Of a DNA stretch of 64,000 nucleotides, positions 42,677 through 53,095 are shown in pieces; within the stretch, counting starts at the first letter, position 1, and each line of letters opens with the position of its first letter. The stretch is from an uncultured Bordetella sp. (GTDB taxonomy: Bacteria > Pseudomonadota > Gammaproteobacteria > Burkholderiales > Burkholderiaceae_A). Made by a program: the position numbers and the translations under genes. The stretch covers positions 420-64,419 of the forward strand of contig CAYXRY010000008.1 of the NCBI GenBank assembly GCA_964467545.1. Direction: 5' to 3'. The notes beneath the pieces are model-generated. The model had not been told where the DNA came from. It made no database searches and saw nothing but the letters and a program-made list of their open reading frames with translations.

Positions 42677-42922
42677 TTATGCGTGGGGAGAGGCGGCCCA
42701 TTCCGCTGGCGTGAGTGTGCGCATGGAAAGCGCGTGAATCTCCGCCTTCATTCGGTCGCCCAGGGCCGCGTACACCATTTGATGGCGAGCGATCGGCCGT
42801 TTGCCTTCAAAGGCGGCACTGACAATCACCGCCTCAAAGTGATGGCCATCGCCTTGCACCGAGAGATGCTCGCAACTCAGGCCCTTGGCAATATCGGTTT
42901 GAATACTCTCTGGGGTCACCAT
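42677..42922 (-). CDS. BolA/IbaG family protein
   Basis: GDGHHF, RHQMVY, EIHALS; adjacent to murA. Confidence 0.93.
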   Translation of the reverse strand: MVTPESIQTDIAKGLSCEHLSVQGDGHHFEAVIVSAAFEGKRPIARHQMVYAALGDRMKAEIHALSMRTLTPAEWAASPHA

Positions 42923-42943
42923 GGGACCGATTGTAGCCGGCCG

Positions 42944-43714
42944 CTAGACAGATGCTGCTGCGGCATGCGCTTTGAGCATGCGCAAAAACACGGTCTCAAG
43001 GCTGTCGTCCGGATGTTGCAAGAGGGCCTCGGTCGGCTCATCGGCCAGAACGCGGCCCGACTTCAGCAGAATCACTCGACCGCACAAAGACTCCGCCTCT
43101 TCCAGGTAGTGGGTGGTCAGCATGACGGTGTGGCCCTCCTCGTTCAGGCGACGAATAAACGCCCAGAGGCTTTGCCGTAATTCGACATCTACTCCCGCAG
43201 TCGGCTCATCCAACACAATGACGGGGGGCCGATGCACCAGGGCCTGGGCCACCAGGACCCGGCGCTTCATGCCGCCCGATAAGGCCCGCATATTGACATC
43301 GGCTTTATCTTGAAGCCCGAGATGGATGAGAAGCTCATCGATCCAGGCATCGTTTTTTGCCAGGCCGAAGTAACCCGACTGAATGCGCAATGTTTCACGC
43401 ACTGTAAAGAAAGGGTCGAACACCAATTCCTGCGGCACCACGCCCAAGGAGCGCCGCGCCATAAAGGGTGCCTGTTGCACATCAAAGCCCAAGACGGCAA
43501 CGCGGCCAGCGCTTGGACGCACTAGGCCCGACAAAATCTGAATCAGGGTCGTCTTGCCGGCGCCGTTGGGGCCGAGCAGGCCAACAAATTCACCTTGCTG
43601 AATTTTTAGACTGACCTCGGAGAGGGCCTGCACAGCACCCCTTTTGCTCTCGTATCGTTTGGAGACCTGCTGAAGGTCAACCGCGGGAAGTGATGAGAAA
43701 TTCATACCTGCCAC
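42944..43714 (-). CDS. ABC transporter ATP-binding protein (YadG-like)
   Basis: GPNGAGKTT, LSGGMKRR, LDEPTAGVD, TTHYLEEA. Confidence 0.92.
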   Translation of the reverse strand: MAGMNFSSLPAVDLQQVSKRYESKRGAVQALSEVSLKIQQGEFVGLLGPNGAGKTTLIQILSGLVRPSAGRVAVLGFDVQQAPFMARRSLGVVPQELVFDPFFTVRETLRIQSGYFGLAKNDAWIDELLIHLGLQDKADVNMRALSGGMKRRVLVAQALVHRPPVIVLDEPTAGVDVELRQSLWAFIRRLNEEGHTVMLTTHYLEEAESLCGRVILLKSGRVLADEPTEALLQHPDDSLETVFLRMLKAHAAAASV

Positions 43715-44043
43715 TGCATGAGGCCATCGACCGACGACAGGCGGGCGAGGGCGCGCAGCTGCGGTGGGGCCGATTCAATTCGAAGTGACTGCCCAAAACG
43801 TTGGCGAGATTCACGATCCAGCTGCAAGAGCACTGCAAGGGCAGTGGTATCGACCTCTTGGAGCTGACTTAAGTCTGCCACCACCTGCGCAGCTGCCGCC
43901 TCTGTGGATGGCGTGTCAGGACTCTCCCGAAGCTGACGCTGATGCCGAATGAGTTCGGACATGGCATTTTGCAAGACCAGGCGTTCCGAAAAAGCGAGGC
44001 GAATCGAGGTCATCTCTGCCGAATGGCCGCCGCTACTTTGCAC
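43702..44043 (-). CDS. mlaB: STAS-domain protein MlaB
   Basis: DLSQLQEVDTTALAVLL; follows mlaC. Confidence 0.8.
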   Translation of the reverse strand: MQSSGGHSAEMTSIRLAFSERLVLQNAMSELIRHQRQLRESPDTPSTEAAAAQVVADLSQLQEVDTTALAVLLQLDRESRQRFGQSLRIESAPPQLRALARLSSVDGLMQWQV

Positions 44044-44665
44044 TCGCTGCCAATGTCTGATTTTTTTCGCGCAAGGACTGAATCAGGCCATCAATGCCTG
44101 AGGCGCCGACAATTTGGGCAAATTGATTTCGGTAATGTTCCACAAGCCAGAGGCCCATGATGTTGAGATCAAAAATCTTCCAGCTGTTGGGAGATTTTTG
44201 CATCCGATAATCAATCTGTATCGGCTCACGGCCAGGCCGCAGCACCTGGGTGCGGACTACGATTTCATCGTCCTCCGGTTTTGCCCTTACCGGCCGGACC
44301 TGAAACGTGAGGTCATTGACCTGGCGGACCGCCCCGGAGTAGGTCAGCAGCAGCAGCCGACGGAATTCCTGCATCAATAGCCGCTGTTGCTCGGGGCTTG
44401 CAGCACGCCAATTGCGGCCCACCGCAAGGGCGGTCATGCGCTGAAAATCCACATAGGGCATGACCTTTCGCTCCACCAGCAGATTCAGGCGTTCAATGTC
44501 ACCGGTCTGAAGGCTTCGGTCGGCTTTGAGATCGTCCAGCACGCTTTGTGAAATGGACCGAATGAACTCATCTGGGGCGCCCTGGGCCTGCAGACTCGGC
44601 GCCAAACATGCCGACATCAGAGCCAACACAATGCGGCCAAGCTGTCGTTTGATTGAGGGGAACAT
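44033..44665 (-). CDS. mlaC: Phospholipid-binding periplasmic protein MlaC
   Basis: VDFQRMTALAVGRNWR, IDYRM, WKIFD, YRNQF. Confidence 0.93.
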   Translation of the reverse strand: MFPSIKRQLGRIVLALMSACLAPSLQAQGAPDEFIRSISQSVLDDLKADRSLQTGDIERLNLLVERKVMPYVDFQRMTALAVGRNWRAASPEQQRLLMQEFRRLLLLTYSGAVRQVNDLTFQVRPVRAKPEDDEIVVRTQVLRPGREPIQIDYRMQKSPNSWKIFDLNIMGLWLVEHYRNQFAQIVGASGIDGLIQSLREKNQTLAASAK

Positions 44666-44683
44666 TTTCAAGCTTTTCTTCAA

Positions 44684-45406
44684 TTAATCTTCTTTGATCT
44701 TGGGAGGAGGGGGCTCGCCGTCGTAAACAAGGCTGCGGCGCCGGGCGAGCCATGCATCGCGCACGCCCGAGTAGCGATCAAAAGACAAAGCCTCAATCGT
44801 ATCTTGAGCGTCTAACAAATCTTTTCTTCGGTCAATTGCGATGAGTCCATACACAATGTTGCGGCCTGCGCCTTGCTCAAAGACTGATCCGATGGGATCA
44901 AAATTAAAATCGGCCACCGTTCCGATCGTATCGCGAACGGTGCTCGGCCCCAGCAGCGGCAGCACGAAATAGGGCCCGGGGCCGATCCCCCAGCGGCCGA
45001 AGGTCTGGCCAAAATCCTCATTGGTTTTGATCAGTCCCATCTCGGAGGCGGGATCGCCGAGGCCCAGCGCGCCGATGGTGGAATTGATCAGCACCCGGCT
45101 CCCCGCTGTCATCGCGGCCTGCGGCTTTCCCTGCAGCAGCTGATGGGCCGTGATGATGACGTCACGAAGATTGCTGAAAACATTTCTCAGACTCCGCTGA
45201 GCCAATTCAGGAACATAGTCCCGGTAGGCTTCCGCGACCGGCTTGATCACCGCGCGATCAAGGCTGTCGTTGAATTCAAAAACAGTGCGGTTGTAACGCT
45301 CCCAAGGATCGCGGGGGTCACTGATATGGCCCGCCGGCAGGTGGGCACATCCGGCCGCTGCCATCAGGGCCGTAAGCAGTACGAATCGACGCAGCATGTT
45401 GTTCAT
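44684..45406 (-). CDS. mlaA: Lipoprotein MlaA/VacJ
   Basis: Lipobox AAGC, DPWERYNR, EDFGQT, GPYFVLPLLGPSTVRD. Confidence 0.95.
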   Translation of the reverse strand: MNNMLRRFVLLTALMAAAGCAHLPAGHISDPRDPWERYNRTVFEFNDSLDRAVIKPVAEAYRDYVPELAQRSLRNVFSNLRDVIITAHQLLQGKPQAAMTAGSRVLINSTIGALGLGDPASEMGLIKTNEDFGQTFGRWGIGPGPYFVLPLLGPSTVRDTIGTVADFNFDPIGSVFEQGAGRNIVYGLIAIDRRKDLLDAQDTIEALSFDRYSGVRDAWLARRRSLVYDGEPPPPKIKED

Positions 45407-45412
45407 GGGCGT

Positions 45413-45898
45413 TTATTTGCGGCCAGAGCTGGCCGGGGAGGACGGCTCGGTGGCCTTGTTGTAAAGAAACTGAGAAATCAGATTTTCAAGCACCACCGCT
45501 GACTGGGTCATGCGGATGCGGTCTGCTGACTTGAGCATCTCCGTGTCGCCGCCGGGCTCAAGGCCGACATAGTTATCGCCCAGCAATCCGGAGGTCAGAA
45601 TCTTGGCCGAGGTGTCTTTCGGAAATTGATAACGCGCATCCATGTCAATCAGCACGAGCGCTTGATACTGTTGATCATCGAATTGAATTTGCCGGACGCG
45701 TCCCACCACCACGCCAGCGCTGCGTACTGCCGCTCGAGGCTTGAGGCCGCCGATATTGTCAAAGTAGGCCTTCAGCTCATAGGTGCTGCCGGCACCGCGG
45801 GTGCCGAGGTTGCTGACCTGCAGGGCCATAAAGAGCAGCGCCAGCAGGCCCAGAAGCACAAAGGCTCCGACAGCAAGATTTAAATTTCGCGACTGCAT
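45413..45898 (-). CDS. mlaD: MCE-domain protein MlaD
   Basis: FDNIGGLK, GVVVGRV, TSGLLGDNY, TQSAVVLENLI. Confidence 0.96.
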   Translation of the reverse strand: MQSRNLNLAVGAFVLLGLLALLFMALQVSNLGTRGAGSTYELKAYFDNIGGLKPRAAVRSAGVVVGRVRQIQFDDQQYQALVLIDMDARYQFPKDTSAKILTSGLLGDNYVGLEPGGDTEMLKSADRIRMTQSAVVLENLISQFLYNKATEPSSPASSGRK

Positions 45899-45900
45899 TT

Positions 45901-46689
45901 TTAAAGCTCTCCAAACATGAGTGCGGTCAGTACAAAGTCGAGTCCCAAAACAGCCAGCGAACCCACCACCACCGTCAGCGTCGTCGCCCGGGCCACGCCC
46001 TCTGGAGTGGGCCGGGCGCCATAGCCCTGCATCAACGCAATCTGGGTGACCGCGACCCCGAAGACCAGACTCTTGATGACACCATTGACGACATCGTCCC
46101 AGAAATCGACGCCGCCCGACATCTGCGACCAGAAGGCGCCGGGATCCACGCCAATGAGCACGACCCCCACCAGCCAGCCCCCGAGCACGCCGACCGCGGA
46201 AAATAAAGTGGCCAGCAAGGGCACCGCGATGAGTCCGCCATAAAAACGCGGCCCCAGAACCCGAGCAATCGGATCAACTGCCATGGTCTCCAATGCAGCG
46301 AGCTGCTCACCCGCTTTCATCAGGCCGATCTCAGCAGTCAGCGAGGTGCCGGCCCGGCCCGCAAACAATAGGGCCGAGATCACCGGGCCGAGCTCTCGCA
46401 CGAGGGCGAGGGCGACCAGCAGGCCGAGGGCCTCCTCCGACCCATAACGCCTCAGGGTGTAGTAGCCCTGAAGGCCCAGTACCAGCCCAACAAACAGCCC
46501 GGCCACCACAATGATGGCCAAGGAGTGATTGCCAAGAAAATGCACCTGGGCTGCGATCAGTCGGGGCCGCCTCCAGATGGCCACCGAGCGCCGCAAAATT
46601 CCCAGCAACAGCAGCGCAAAACTGCCGAGATTTTCGACCAGCTTGAACCACGCCTGGCCCAGTGCGGCGACCGCGGTGAGTACTGCCAT
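45901..46689 (-). CDS. mlaE: Lipid asymmetry ABC permease MlaE
   Basis: LVRELGPV, AGRAGTSLTAEIGLMKAGEQ, EGVARATT. Confidence 0.96.
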   Translation of the reverse strand: MAVLTAVAALGQAWFKLVENLGSFALLLLGILRRSVAIWRRPRLIAAQVHFLGNHSLAIIVVAGLFVGLVLGLQGYYTLRRYGSEEALGLLVALALVRELGPVISALLFAGRAGTSLTAEIGLMKAGEQLAALETMAVDPIARVLGPRFYGGLIAVPLLATLFSAVGVLGGWLVGVVLIGVDPGAFWSQMSGGVDFWDDVVNGVIKSLVFGVAVTQIALMQGYGARPTPEGVARATTLTVVVGSLAVLGLDFVLTALMFGEL

Positions 46690-47567
46690 CACCGATTCTC
46701 CGAAAGGCCGAACGCCTCATGCAGCGGTGCCGCCGGGTAGTGAAATCGAACTGGGCCGTCCATGCGGCCATCCAGAAACTGACGCACAAAAGGATCCTCG
46801 CTTACCCGCAACTCATCCGGCGTTCCCTGTGCAGCCAGCTTTGCGCCCGTTGGTGATGGCGCAAACACAAAAATTCGGTCCGCAATCGCAAAGGTTTCGG
46901 TAACGTCATGCGTGACGACAATTGAAGTGGCGCCCAGAGCACTGTTCAGTCCACGAATCAGGTTGGCGGTCACGCCCAGAGAGATGGGATCAAGGCCGGC
47001 AAATGGTTCGTCGTAAAGAATCAGCTCGGGATCCAAGGCGATGGCGCGGGCGAGCGCGACTCTTCGGGCCATGCCGCCTGAGATCTCTGAGGGCTTGAGC
47101 TGGGCGGCACCCCGCAGGCCGACACACTCGAGCTTGAGCAAGACCAGGTCACGCAGCATCGACTCGGAGAGGTTGGTGTGTTCACGGATTGGAAATGCAA
47201 CGTTTTCAAAACACGTCAGATCCGTGAATAAAGCGCCAAACTGGAACAACAAACCGAGCCGACGACGGACTTCATAGAGACGCTCCTGATGGCGGGGCTC
47301 CAACGGCTGGCCGAAGACTTCCACGATTCCTTGCGAAGGCGCAACCAGGCCGCTGATCAGTCGCAGCAGTGTGGTCTTGCCCACGCCCGATCCGCCCATC
47401 AAAGCCACCACCTGGCCTCGCGGAATCTCGAAGCTCACTGAATCAATGACGGGCCGCTGGCCATAGCCAAAACTCAGACGACGAAACGCCACCACTGGCG
47501 CGGCATCGCGCGGAGCAGTCGAGGCTTGCAGAAAAGGCGGGGAAGATGCGGTGTGATCCTGCGGCAA
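46689..47567 (-). CDS. mlaF: Lipid asymmetry ABC ATPase MlaF
   Basis: GGSGVGKTT, LFQFGALF, ISGGMARRVALARA, YDEPFAGLDP. Confidence 0.95.
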   Translation of the reverse strand: MPQDHTASSPPFLQASTAPRDAAPVVAFRRLSFGYGQRPVIDSVSFEIPRGQVVALMGGSGVGKTTLLRLISGLVAPSQGIVEVFGQPLEPRHQERLYEVRRRLGLLFQFGALFTDLTCFENVAFPIREHTNLSESMLRDLVLLKLECVGLRGAAQLKPSEISGGMARRVALARAIALDPELILYDEPFAGLDPISLGVTANLIRGLNSALGATSIVVTHDVTETFAIADRIFVFAPSPTGAKLAAQGTPDELRVSEDPFVRQFLDGRMDGPVRFHYPAAPLHEAFGLSENR

Positions 47568-47607
47568 AGAAAACCCTGATGATCGAGTGGAGGCGTTGCG
47601 CCTTATT

Positions 47608-49599
47608 TTAGGCGCGATTGCCGCTTAAGAGTTCCTCGGCAATCGCCAGCGCCTCCGATGTGCCCCGTAGCACCATGACATCGTGGGCCTGAATCACCAG
47701 GCCTGCATCGATGGCAAGCCGCTCCTTACCGCGACGCAGGCTGGTCATCTCGACCCCAATCTCCTCAAAGCGCAGCGAGTCCACCGTGGATCCCACAGAA
47801 GGTGATGTGGCTGCAACACCAAAAGAGCGCAGCATGATTTCTGCACTGCGTTCGCTGACGTCATCCATCGACCCATGAAAATATCCGCGCAGCAGCGCAT
47901 ACCGACTGTCTCGGACCTCACGCACCCGGCGCAAGACACGGTGCAGCGGCACGCCCGCCAGGGCCAATGCGTGCGAGGCCAGCATCAGGCTGCCTTCCAC
48001 CACCTCAGGCACGACCTCCGTTGCGCCTGCAGCCCGAAGGCTGGACAAATCATGATCATCACGAGACCTGACGATGATCGGCAGGGCCGGCGCGAGTTGG
48101 CGGGCAGCATGAATGACATGCACTGCCGAGGCCCGATCGGCATACGTGATCACCAAGATCGAAGCCCGATGCACGCCTGCCGCCAACAACGTCTCGCGAC
48201 GGGCCGCATCGCCAAACACCACCGAGCTGCCGGCAGCGGCCGCCTCACGGGTCCGCTGCGGATCCAGATCCAGTGCCACGTATGCAATGCGCTCTGCATC
48301 CAGCATTTGCGCAAGATTTTGGCCACAGCGGCCAAAGCCACACACGATCACGTGCTGGTCTGAGCCCAACGTCTGAGAGGCAATCCGATGAATCTCGAGG
48401 GAACGCAAAAACCACTCGTTGCGCACCAGCCGCAGAATCCAACGGTCACTTTGCTCAATGATGAAGGGCGCAATCAACATCGAAATCACCATGGCGGCCT
48501 GCACGGGCTGCAATACCGATTGGGGGACCAGGCCATTCAGGCCAGCCGGATCCAAGAGCACGAATCCAAACTCGCCGGCCTGACAGAGCCACAGGCCAGT
48601 CTTTAATGAGGGGCCTGTGCTGATGCCAAAAAAACGCGCTAGGGCTGCAATCACGACAAACTTAAACAGCATCGGGCAGATCACCATCAGCAGCACCAAC
48701 ACCCACTGCGAGGCGAGCACAGAGAAATCCAGCAACATGCCGACAGAAATAAAAAACAAGCCCATCAACACATCGCGATAAGGCTTCACATCTGCCTCCA
48801 CCTGATAGCGATACTCCGTCTCAGAGATCAGCATGCCGGCAAGAAACGCGCCCAATGCCAGCGACAGGCCAGCATGCTCGGTGATGAGCGCCAGCCCGAG
48901 CGTCATCAGCAGCACATTCAACGTGAACAACTCTTGTGACTTTCGTCGGGCCACCAGCGTGAGCCAGGGCCGCACCAGGCGCTGACCAATCAGTAGGGCC
49001 AGCCCCAGCACGAGAAGGGATTTGGCCATCGCCATGCTGAGCGCCCAGCCCAGGCCCTGGTCCGATTGGCCCGTGAGGCCAGAGAGCGCCGGAATCAACA
49101 CCAAAAGCGGCACGACCGCGAGATCCTGAAACAGCAGCACGCCCACGACCGGCCTGCCGTGGGCGGATTCCAGCTCGCCGCGATCTCCGGCAAGCCGCAT
49201 CACCATCGCGGTCGACGACATCGCCAACGCGCCCCCCAGTGCGACCCCCGCCTGCCACGTCATGCCATGCCAGGAGGCCGTCAGGCCAATGAGACCAGCC
49301 ACCATCGCCAGCGTGAGTCCAACTTGGATGCCGCCCAGTCCAAAGACGAGGCTGCGCATGGCCCGCAGTTTTGGCAGGCTGAATTCCAGGCCGATCGAGA
49401 ACATCAAAAACACCACGCCGATCTCGGCAAGCCATCGCGTGACATCCGTGTCAGGCGCAAGCGCAAGGGCATTCGGACCAAGCACTACCCCGACTGTTAA
49501 ATAGCCCACCAGGGGCGGCAGCTTCAGGGCCCGAGCCGCCGTCACCGCCCCCACCGAGACGGCCAGCAATACAACGATGACCCCGAGGAGCGAATCCAT
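47608..49599 (-). CDS. Monovalent cation:proton antiporter-2 (Kef-type) with TrkA domains
   Basis: GVVFLMFSIGLEFS, LLFQDL, QAGEFGFV, CGFGRCGQ. Confidence 0.92.
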   Translation of the reverse strand: MDSLLGVIVVLLAVSVGAVTAARALKLPPLVGYLTVGVVLGPNALALAPDTDVTRWLAEIGVVFLMFSIGLEFSLPKLRAMRSLVFGLGGIQVGLTLAMVAGLIGLTASWHGMTWQAGVALGGALAMSSTAMVMRLAGDRGELESAHGRPVVGVLLFQDLAVVPLLVLIPALSGLTGQSDQGLGWALSMAMAKSLLVLGLALLIGQRLVRPWLTLVARRKSQELFTLNVLLMTLGLALITEHAGLSLALGAFLAGMLISETEYRYQVEADVKPYRDVLMGLFFISVGMLLDFSVLASQWVLVLLMVICPMLFKFVVIAALARFFGISTGPSLKTGLWLCQAGEFGFVLLDPAGLNGLVPQSVLQPVQAAMVISMLIAPFIIEQSDRWILRLVRNEWFLRSLEIHRIASQTLGSDQHVIVCGFGRCGQNLAQMLDAERIAYVALDLDPQRTREAAAAGSSVVFGDAARRETLLAAGVHRASILVITYADRASAVHVIHAARQLAPALPIIVRSRDDHDLSSLRAAGATEVVPEVVEGSLMLASHALALAGVPLHRVLRRVREVRDSRYALLRGYFHGSMDDVSERSAEIMLRSFGVAATSPSVGSTVDSLRFEEIGVEMTSLRRGKERLAIDAGLVIQAHDVMVLRGTSEALAIAEELLSGNRA

Positions 49600-49644
49600 A
49601 GCTGGTATGAAGTTTGCTAGCGGCCTTTGCTACACTGTTTTCCC

Positions 49645-50697
49645 ATGGGGTCAAGTGTAACAACGCGCACTGCCAGCACGATGGAAAATCAGAGCAAAGA
49701 TCCACACCGCCACCAGCGGTCCGAATTCAGCGCAGAGCGGGTGTTTGAGCGAGCCCGCGAGGTGATCCGTATTGAGGCCGACGCGGTGCTTGGCCTGCTG
49801 GGCCAACTCGATCACCAATTGGTGCAAGCCGCCGAGCGGATTCTCCGCTGCACAGGCCGCGTGGTGGTCTCGGGAATCGGCAAGTCGGGCCATGTGGCCA
49901 ACAAGGTGGCGGCCACGCTGGCCTCCACCGGAACGCCCGCTTATTTTGTGCATCCTGCGGAGGCCCAGCACGGCGATCTCGGCATGATTCAGGCCGATGA
50001 TGTTGTGTTGGCGTTCTCCAACTCAGGAGAGACCGAGGAGCTCTCCTTCATCGCCCCCTATATCAAACGCTTGGGCGCCACGCTGATTGCTGTCACCGGA
50101 AACCCTGAATCACGTCTTGCGCAGGCGGCTGATGTTCACCTGAATGCGGCCGTGAGTGCCGAGGCCTGTCCGCTGAATCTCGCGCCAACGGCAAGTACAT
50201 CAGCCGCATTGGCGCTGGGCGATGCGTTGGCGCTCGTGCTGCTGGATCTGCGCGGATTTAGTGCAGAAGATTTCGCGCGCTCACACCCCGGAGGTAGTCT
50301 GGGCCGACGGCTGCTGATTCGTGTCGAGGATGTGATGCGCACCGGTGCGCAGCTGCCCGCGGTGCGACTGGGGACGCCTGTCACCGATGCATTTGCTGAG
50401 ATGAGTGCCAAGCGCATGGGCATGACGGCAGTGACGGATGATCAGCAGCGTGTGATGGGTATTTTTACTGATGGCGATTTGCGGCGGGTCTTGTCTCAAG
50501 GCACCGATATCCGCGGTCTACAGATCGATCAAGTGATGAGCAAACAGCCCAAGACCATCGATCGTCATCGGCTGGCCAGCGAAGTGGCCCATCTCATGGA
50601 ATCGACCCGCATCAACCATCTTTTGGTGGTCGATAATGCGGGCCGTCTGGAGGGTGCTGTGGGCATACACGATCTGTTTGCGGCCAAGATTCTCTAG
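49645..50697 (+). CDS. kdsD: Arabinose-5-phosphate isomerase (KpsF/GutQ)
   Basis: SGIGKSGH, HPAEAQHGDLG, CPLNLAPT, HPGGSLG, CBS pair; start 49645 or 49681. Confidence 0.94.
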   Translation: MGSSVTTRTASTMENQSKDPHRHQRSEFSAERVFERAREVIRIEADAVLGLLGQLDHQLVQAAERILRCTGRVVVSGIGKSGHVANKVAATLASTGTPAYFVHPAEAQHGDLGMIQADDVVLAFSNSGETEELSFIAPYIKRLGATLIAVTGNPESRLAQAADVHLNAAVSAEACPLNLAPTASTSAALALGDALALVLLDLRGFSAEDFARSHPGGSLGRRLLIRVEDVMRTGAQLPAVRLGTPVTDAFAEMSAKRMGMTAVTDDQQRVMGIFTDGDLRRVLSQGTDIRGLQIDQVMSKQPKTIDRHRLASEVAHLMESTRINHLLVVDNAGRLEGAVGIHDLFAAKIL

Positions 50698-50723
50698 CCT
50701 TCGGCACATCGGCCAAAGCAAAG

Positions 50724-51236
50724 ATGCGGACAACGAATCCCCCCCTTGAAGACGCGGCCCGCAGGGCGAAGGCCCTTCGCTGGATGTTTTTTGATGTCGA
50801 TGGCGTACTGACCGATGGAGGCCTTTTTTACTCAGGCCAGGGAGAGACACTGAAACGTTTTCATGTTCTCGATGGTCACGGCCTGAAAGCGCTTCAGCAG
50901 GCCGGCCTGCGACTGGGGATTCTCAGCGGAAGAACCCATCCTGCGACCGAAGCCCGGGCCCGCGAGCTGGGCTTTGATGTGGTGATTCAAGGCGCAGAGC
51001 GCAAGGGCCCGGCTTTTGATCAGGTGCTGCGTGAACGAGGAATCTTGGCAGCTGAGTGTGGACACATGGGGGACGATCTGCCCGACTTGGAAATCTTCGA
51101 TCGGGTTCATTTTGCGGCGGCACCTCCGCATGCCGTCGATGCGGTGTTGGCCGCCGCCCATTGGATCTCGGGCAAAGCAGGGGGCTTTGGTGCGGTCCGT
51201 GAATGCTGCGATTTCATTCTCGAGGCCCGGCGATGA
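50724..51236 (+). CDS. kdsC: KDO 8-phosphate phosphatase
   Basis: FDVDGVLTDG, MGDDLPD, GGFGAVRE. Confidence 0.94.
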   Translation: MRTTNPPLEDAARRAKALRWMFFDVDGVLTDGGLFYSGQGETLKRFHVLDGHGLKALQQAGLRLGILSGRTHPATEARARELGFDVVIQGAERKGPAFDQVLRERGILAAECGHMGDDLPDLEIFDRVHFAAAPPHAVDAVLAAAHWISGKAGGFGAVRECCDFILEARR

Positions 51237-51817
51237 GGCAGCCCGAATGGCTCGGCAGCTCCATCTCAGTCAGCATCTTTGCGCTGCTGGCGGCGGCCTC
51301 TTGGGGGCTGAATGAATTTCTGCGTCGGGCCCAGCTTGAGGCCACCGTGGTCAATCCGGCGGGGCCCAATGCGATTATTGAAAATCCGCGGGTCACCCGC
51401 AGTGATGCGCAGGGTCATGCCCAATACCGGCTCGATGCACGACGCATTCTGTTTGAAGAGCGGGCGGATCGCAGCCTCGTGGAGCAGCCCGTCATGGTCT
51501 CGCTGGCCAGTGACCGGCCCGCCACCGTCATGCGGGCAGACCGGGCCATCATCACTCGCCAGCAGAATCACATTGATCTAGAGGGCAACGTTCGGATCGA
51601 GCGCAGCGCCTTTGATGGGCAGCCTGCCGCGAAAGTCTTTACCAGCCAGGCCACATTTTTGGTCCGCGAAGAGCGGGCCCTGACCGATGCGCCAGTGCTC
51701 ATTGAGCGCGGCGCTTCAACCCTGCAGGGCAAAGGCATGCGGCTGGATCAGAAAACCCGTCAGCTGGAAATTGTCTCGGACTCACGAATGGTGGTTCCGA
51801 AAAAAGGCCAGCCGTGA
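51233..51817 (+). CDS. lptC: LPS export protein LptC
   Basis: N-terminal TM, LEGNVRI, TDAPV, GKGM; between kdsC and lptA. Confidence 0.85.
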   Translation: MRQPEWLGSSISVSIFALLAAASWGLNEFLRRAQLEATVVNPAGPNAIIENPRVTRSDAQGHAQYRLDARRILFEERADRSLVEQPVMVSLASDRPATVMRADRAIITRQQNHIDLEGNVRIERSAFDGQPAAKVFTSQATFLVREERALTDAPVLIERGASTLQGKGMRLDQKTRQLEIVSDSRMVVPKKGQP

Positions 51818-52341
51818 GCGTAAGCCATCTCTCACGCTGGCCGGCTCTACTGCTGATCTTGTCGCTGTGCATGGCAGGGCTCGGGCCGCTTCGGGCGGAA
51901 AAAGCGGACCGAGACAAGCCCACCACCATCGATGCTGACCGGCTGAATCACGACGATCAAAAACAAATCACAGTCTTTACGGGAAATGTGGTGCTGACCA
52001 AGGGCACGCTGATCATGCGCGGTGATCGCATGGAGCTCTGGCAAGACGCTGCAGGCAATACTTTCGGCACGATGGTCGGAAAGCCAGCGCGCTTTCGGCA
52101 AAAAAGAGATGGTGTCAACGAATTCATGGAAGGAGAGTCTGCCCGGCTGGACTACAACGGAAAAGACGAGGTCGTGACCCTCAGTCAGAATGCCATCTTG
52201 CGGCGTTTGGAGGGCGATGTACTGAAAGATCAAGTGGCTGGAGATGCGCTGACTTACAACAACATCACCGAGCAGTACCAGGTGGAATCCTCGCAGGGCC
52301 AGCCCCGCTCGCGCATGGTGCTGATGCCGGGTAAGCGTTGA
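51814..52341 (+). CDS. lptA: LPS transport periplasmic protein LptA
   Basis: AEKADRDKP, FTGNVVLTKG, ARFRQKRDG. Confidence 0.93.
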   Translation: MSVSHLSRWPALLLILSLCMAGLGPLRAEKADRDKPTTIDADRLNHDDQKQITVFTGNVVLTKGTLIMRGDRMELWQDAAGNTFGTMVGKPARFRQKRDGVNEFMEGESARLDYNGKDEVVTLSQNAILRRLEGDVLKDQVAGDALTYNNITEQYQVESSQGQPRSRMVLMPGKR

Positions 52342-53090
52342 TGGCAGCGATCAACACGCTGGACGTGCGCGGCCTGAGGAAATCCTACAAGGGCCGTGAG
52401 GTGGTCAAGAATGTCACGCTGCACATAGAGAGTGGTGAGGTGGTGGGCCTGCTGGGCCCCAACGGCGCGGGCAAGACCACAAGCTTTTACATGATTGTGG
52501 GCCTGGTGAAATCGGATGCCGGGGAGATTCTGATGGATGGAGAGAATCTCGCACGACTTCCGATTCATCGCAGGGCCCGGCTTGGGCTGTCGTATCTGCC
52601 GCAGGAGGCCTCTGTCTTTCGCAAGCTGTCGGTGGCTGACAACATTCGGGCGGTGCTGCAGCTGCAGCGCACTCCCGAGGGCAAAGCATTGGATGCGGTC
52701 CACATTGAAGAGCGTCTCGGGGGACTACTGGAGGATCTGCAGATTGCCCATCTGCGCAACAACATGGCGATTCTGCTCTCTGGTGGAGAGCGACGGCGGG
52801 TTGAGATTGCGCGGGCGCTGGCAACATCGCCACGATTTATTTTGCTGGACGAGCCTTTTGCAGGCGTCGATCCGATTGCTGTCATCGAGATTCAGCGCAT
52901 CGTGCGATTTTTAAAAGAGCGCGGCATCGGCGTGCTCATCACCGATCACAATGTCCGTGAGACCCTCGGCATTTGTGATCGCGCCTACATCATTAGCGAA
53001 GGCACGGTGCTCGCCAGCGGCGTGCCGCAAGACATCATTGCCGATGCAAATGTCCGCAAGGTATACCTTGGGGAACATTTCCGAATGTAA
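52341..53090 (+). CDS. lptB: LPS export ABC ATPase LptB
   Basis: GPNGAGKTTSFYM, YLPQEASVFR, LSGGERRR, VYLGEHF. Confidence 0.97.
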   Translation: MAAINTLDVRGLRKSYKGREVVKNVTLHIESGEVVGLLGPNGAGKTTSFYMIVGLVKSDAGEILMDGENLARLPIHRRARLGLSYLPQEASVFRKLSVADNIRAVLQLQRTPEGKALDAVHIEERLGGLLEDLQIAHLRNNMAILLSGGERRRVEIARALATSPRFILLDEPFAGVDPIAVIEIQRIVRFLKERGIGVLITDHNVRETLGICDRAYIISEGTVLASGVPQDIIADANVRKVYLGEHFRM

Positions 53091-53095
53091 CGTGC

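Noticed and set aside
44660..44690. In-frame mlaA-mlaC abutment suggesting a readthrough fusion
   Set aside because: The stop is UAA, MlaC has its own signal peptide and a likely ATG at 44665; there is no feedback logic
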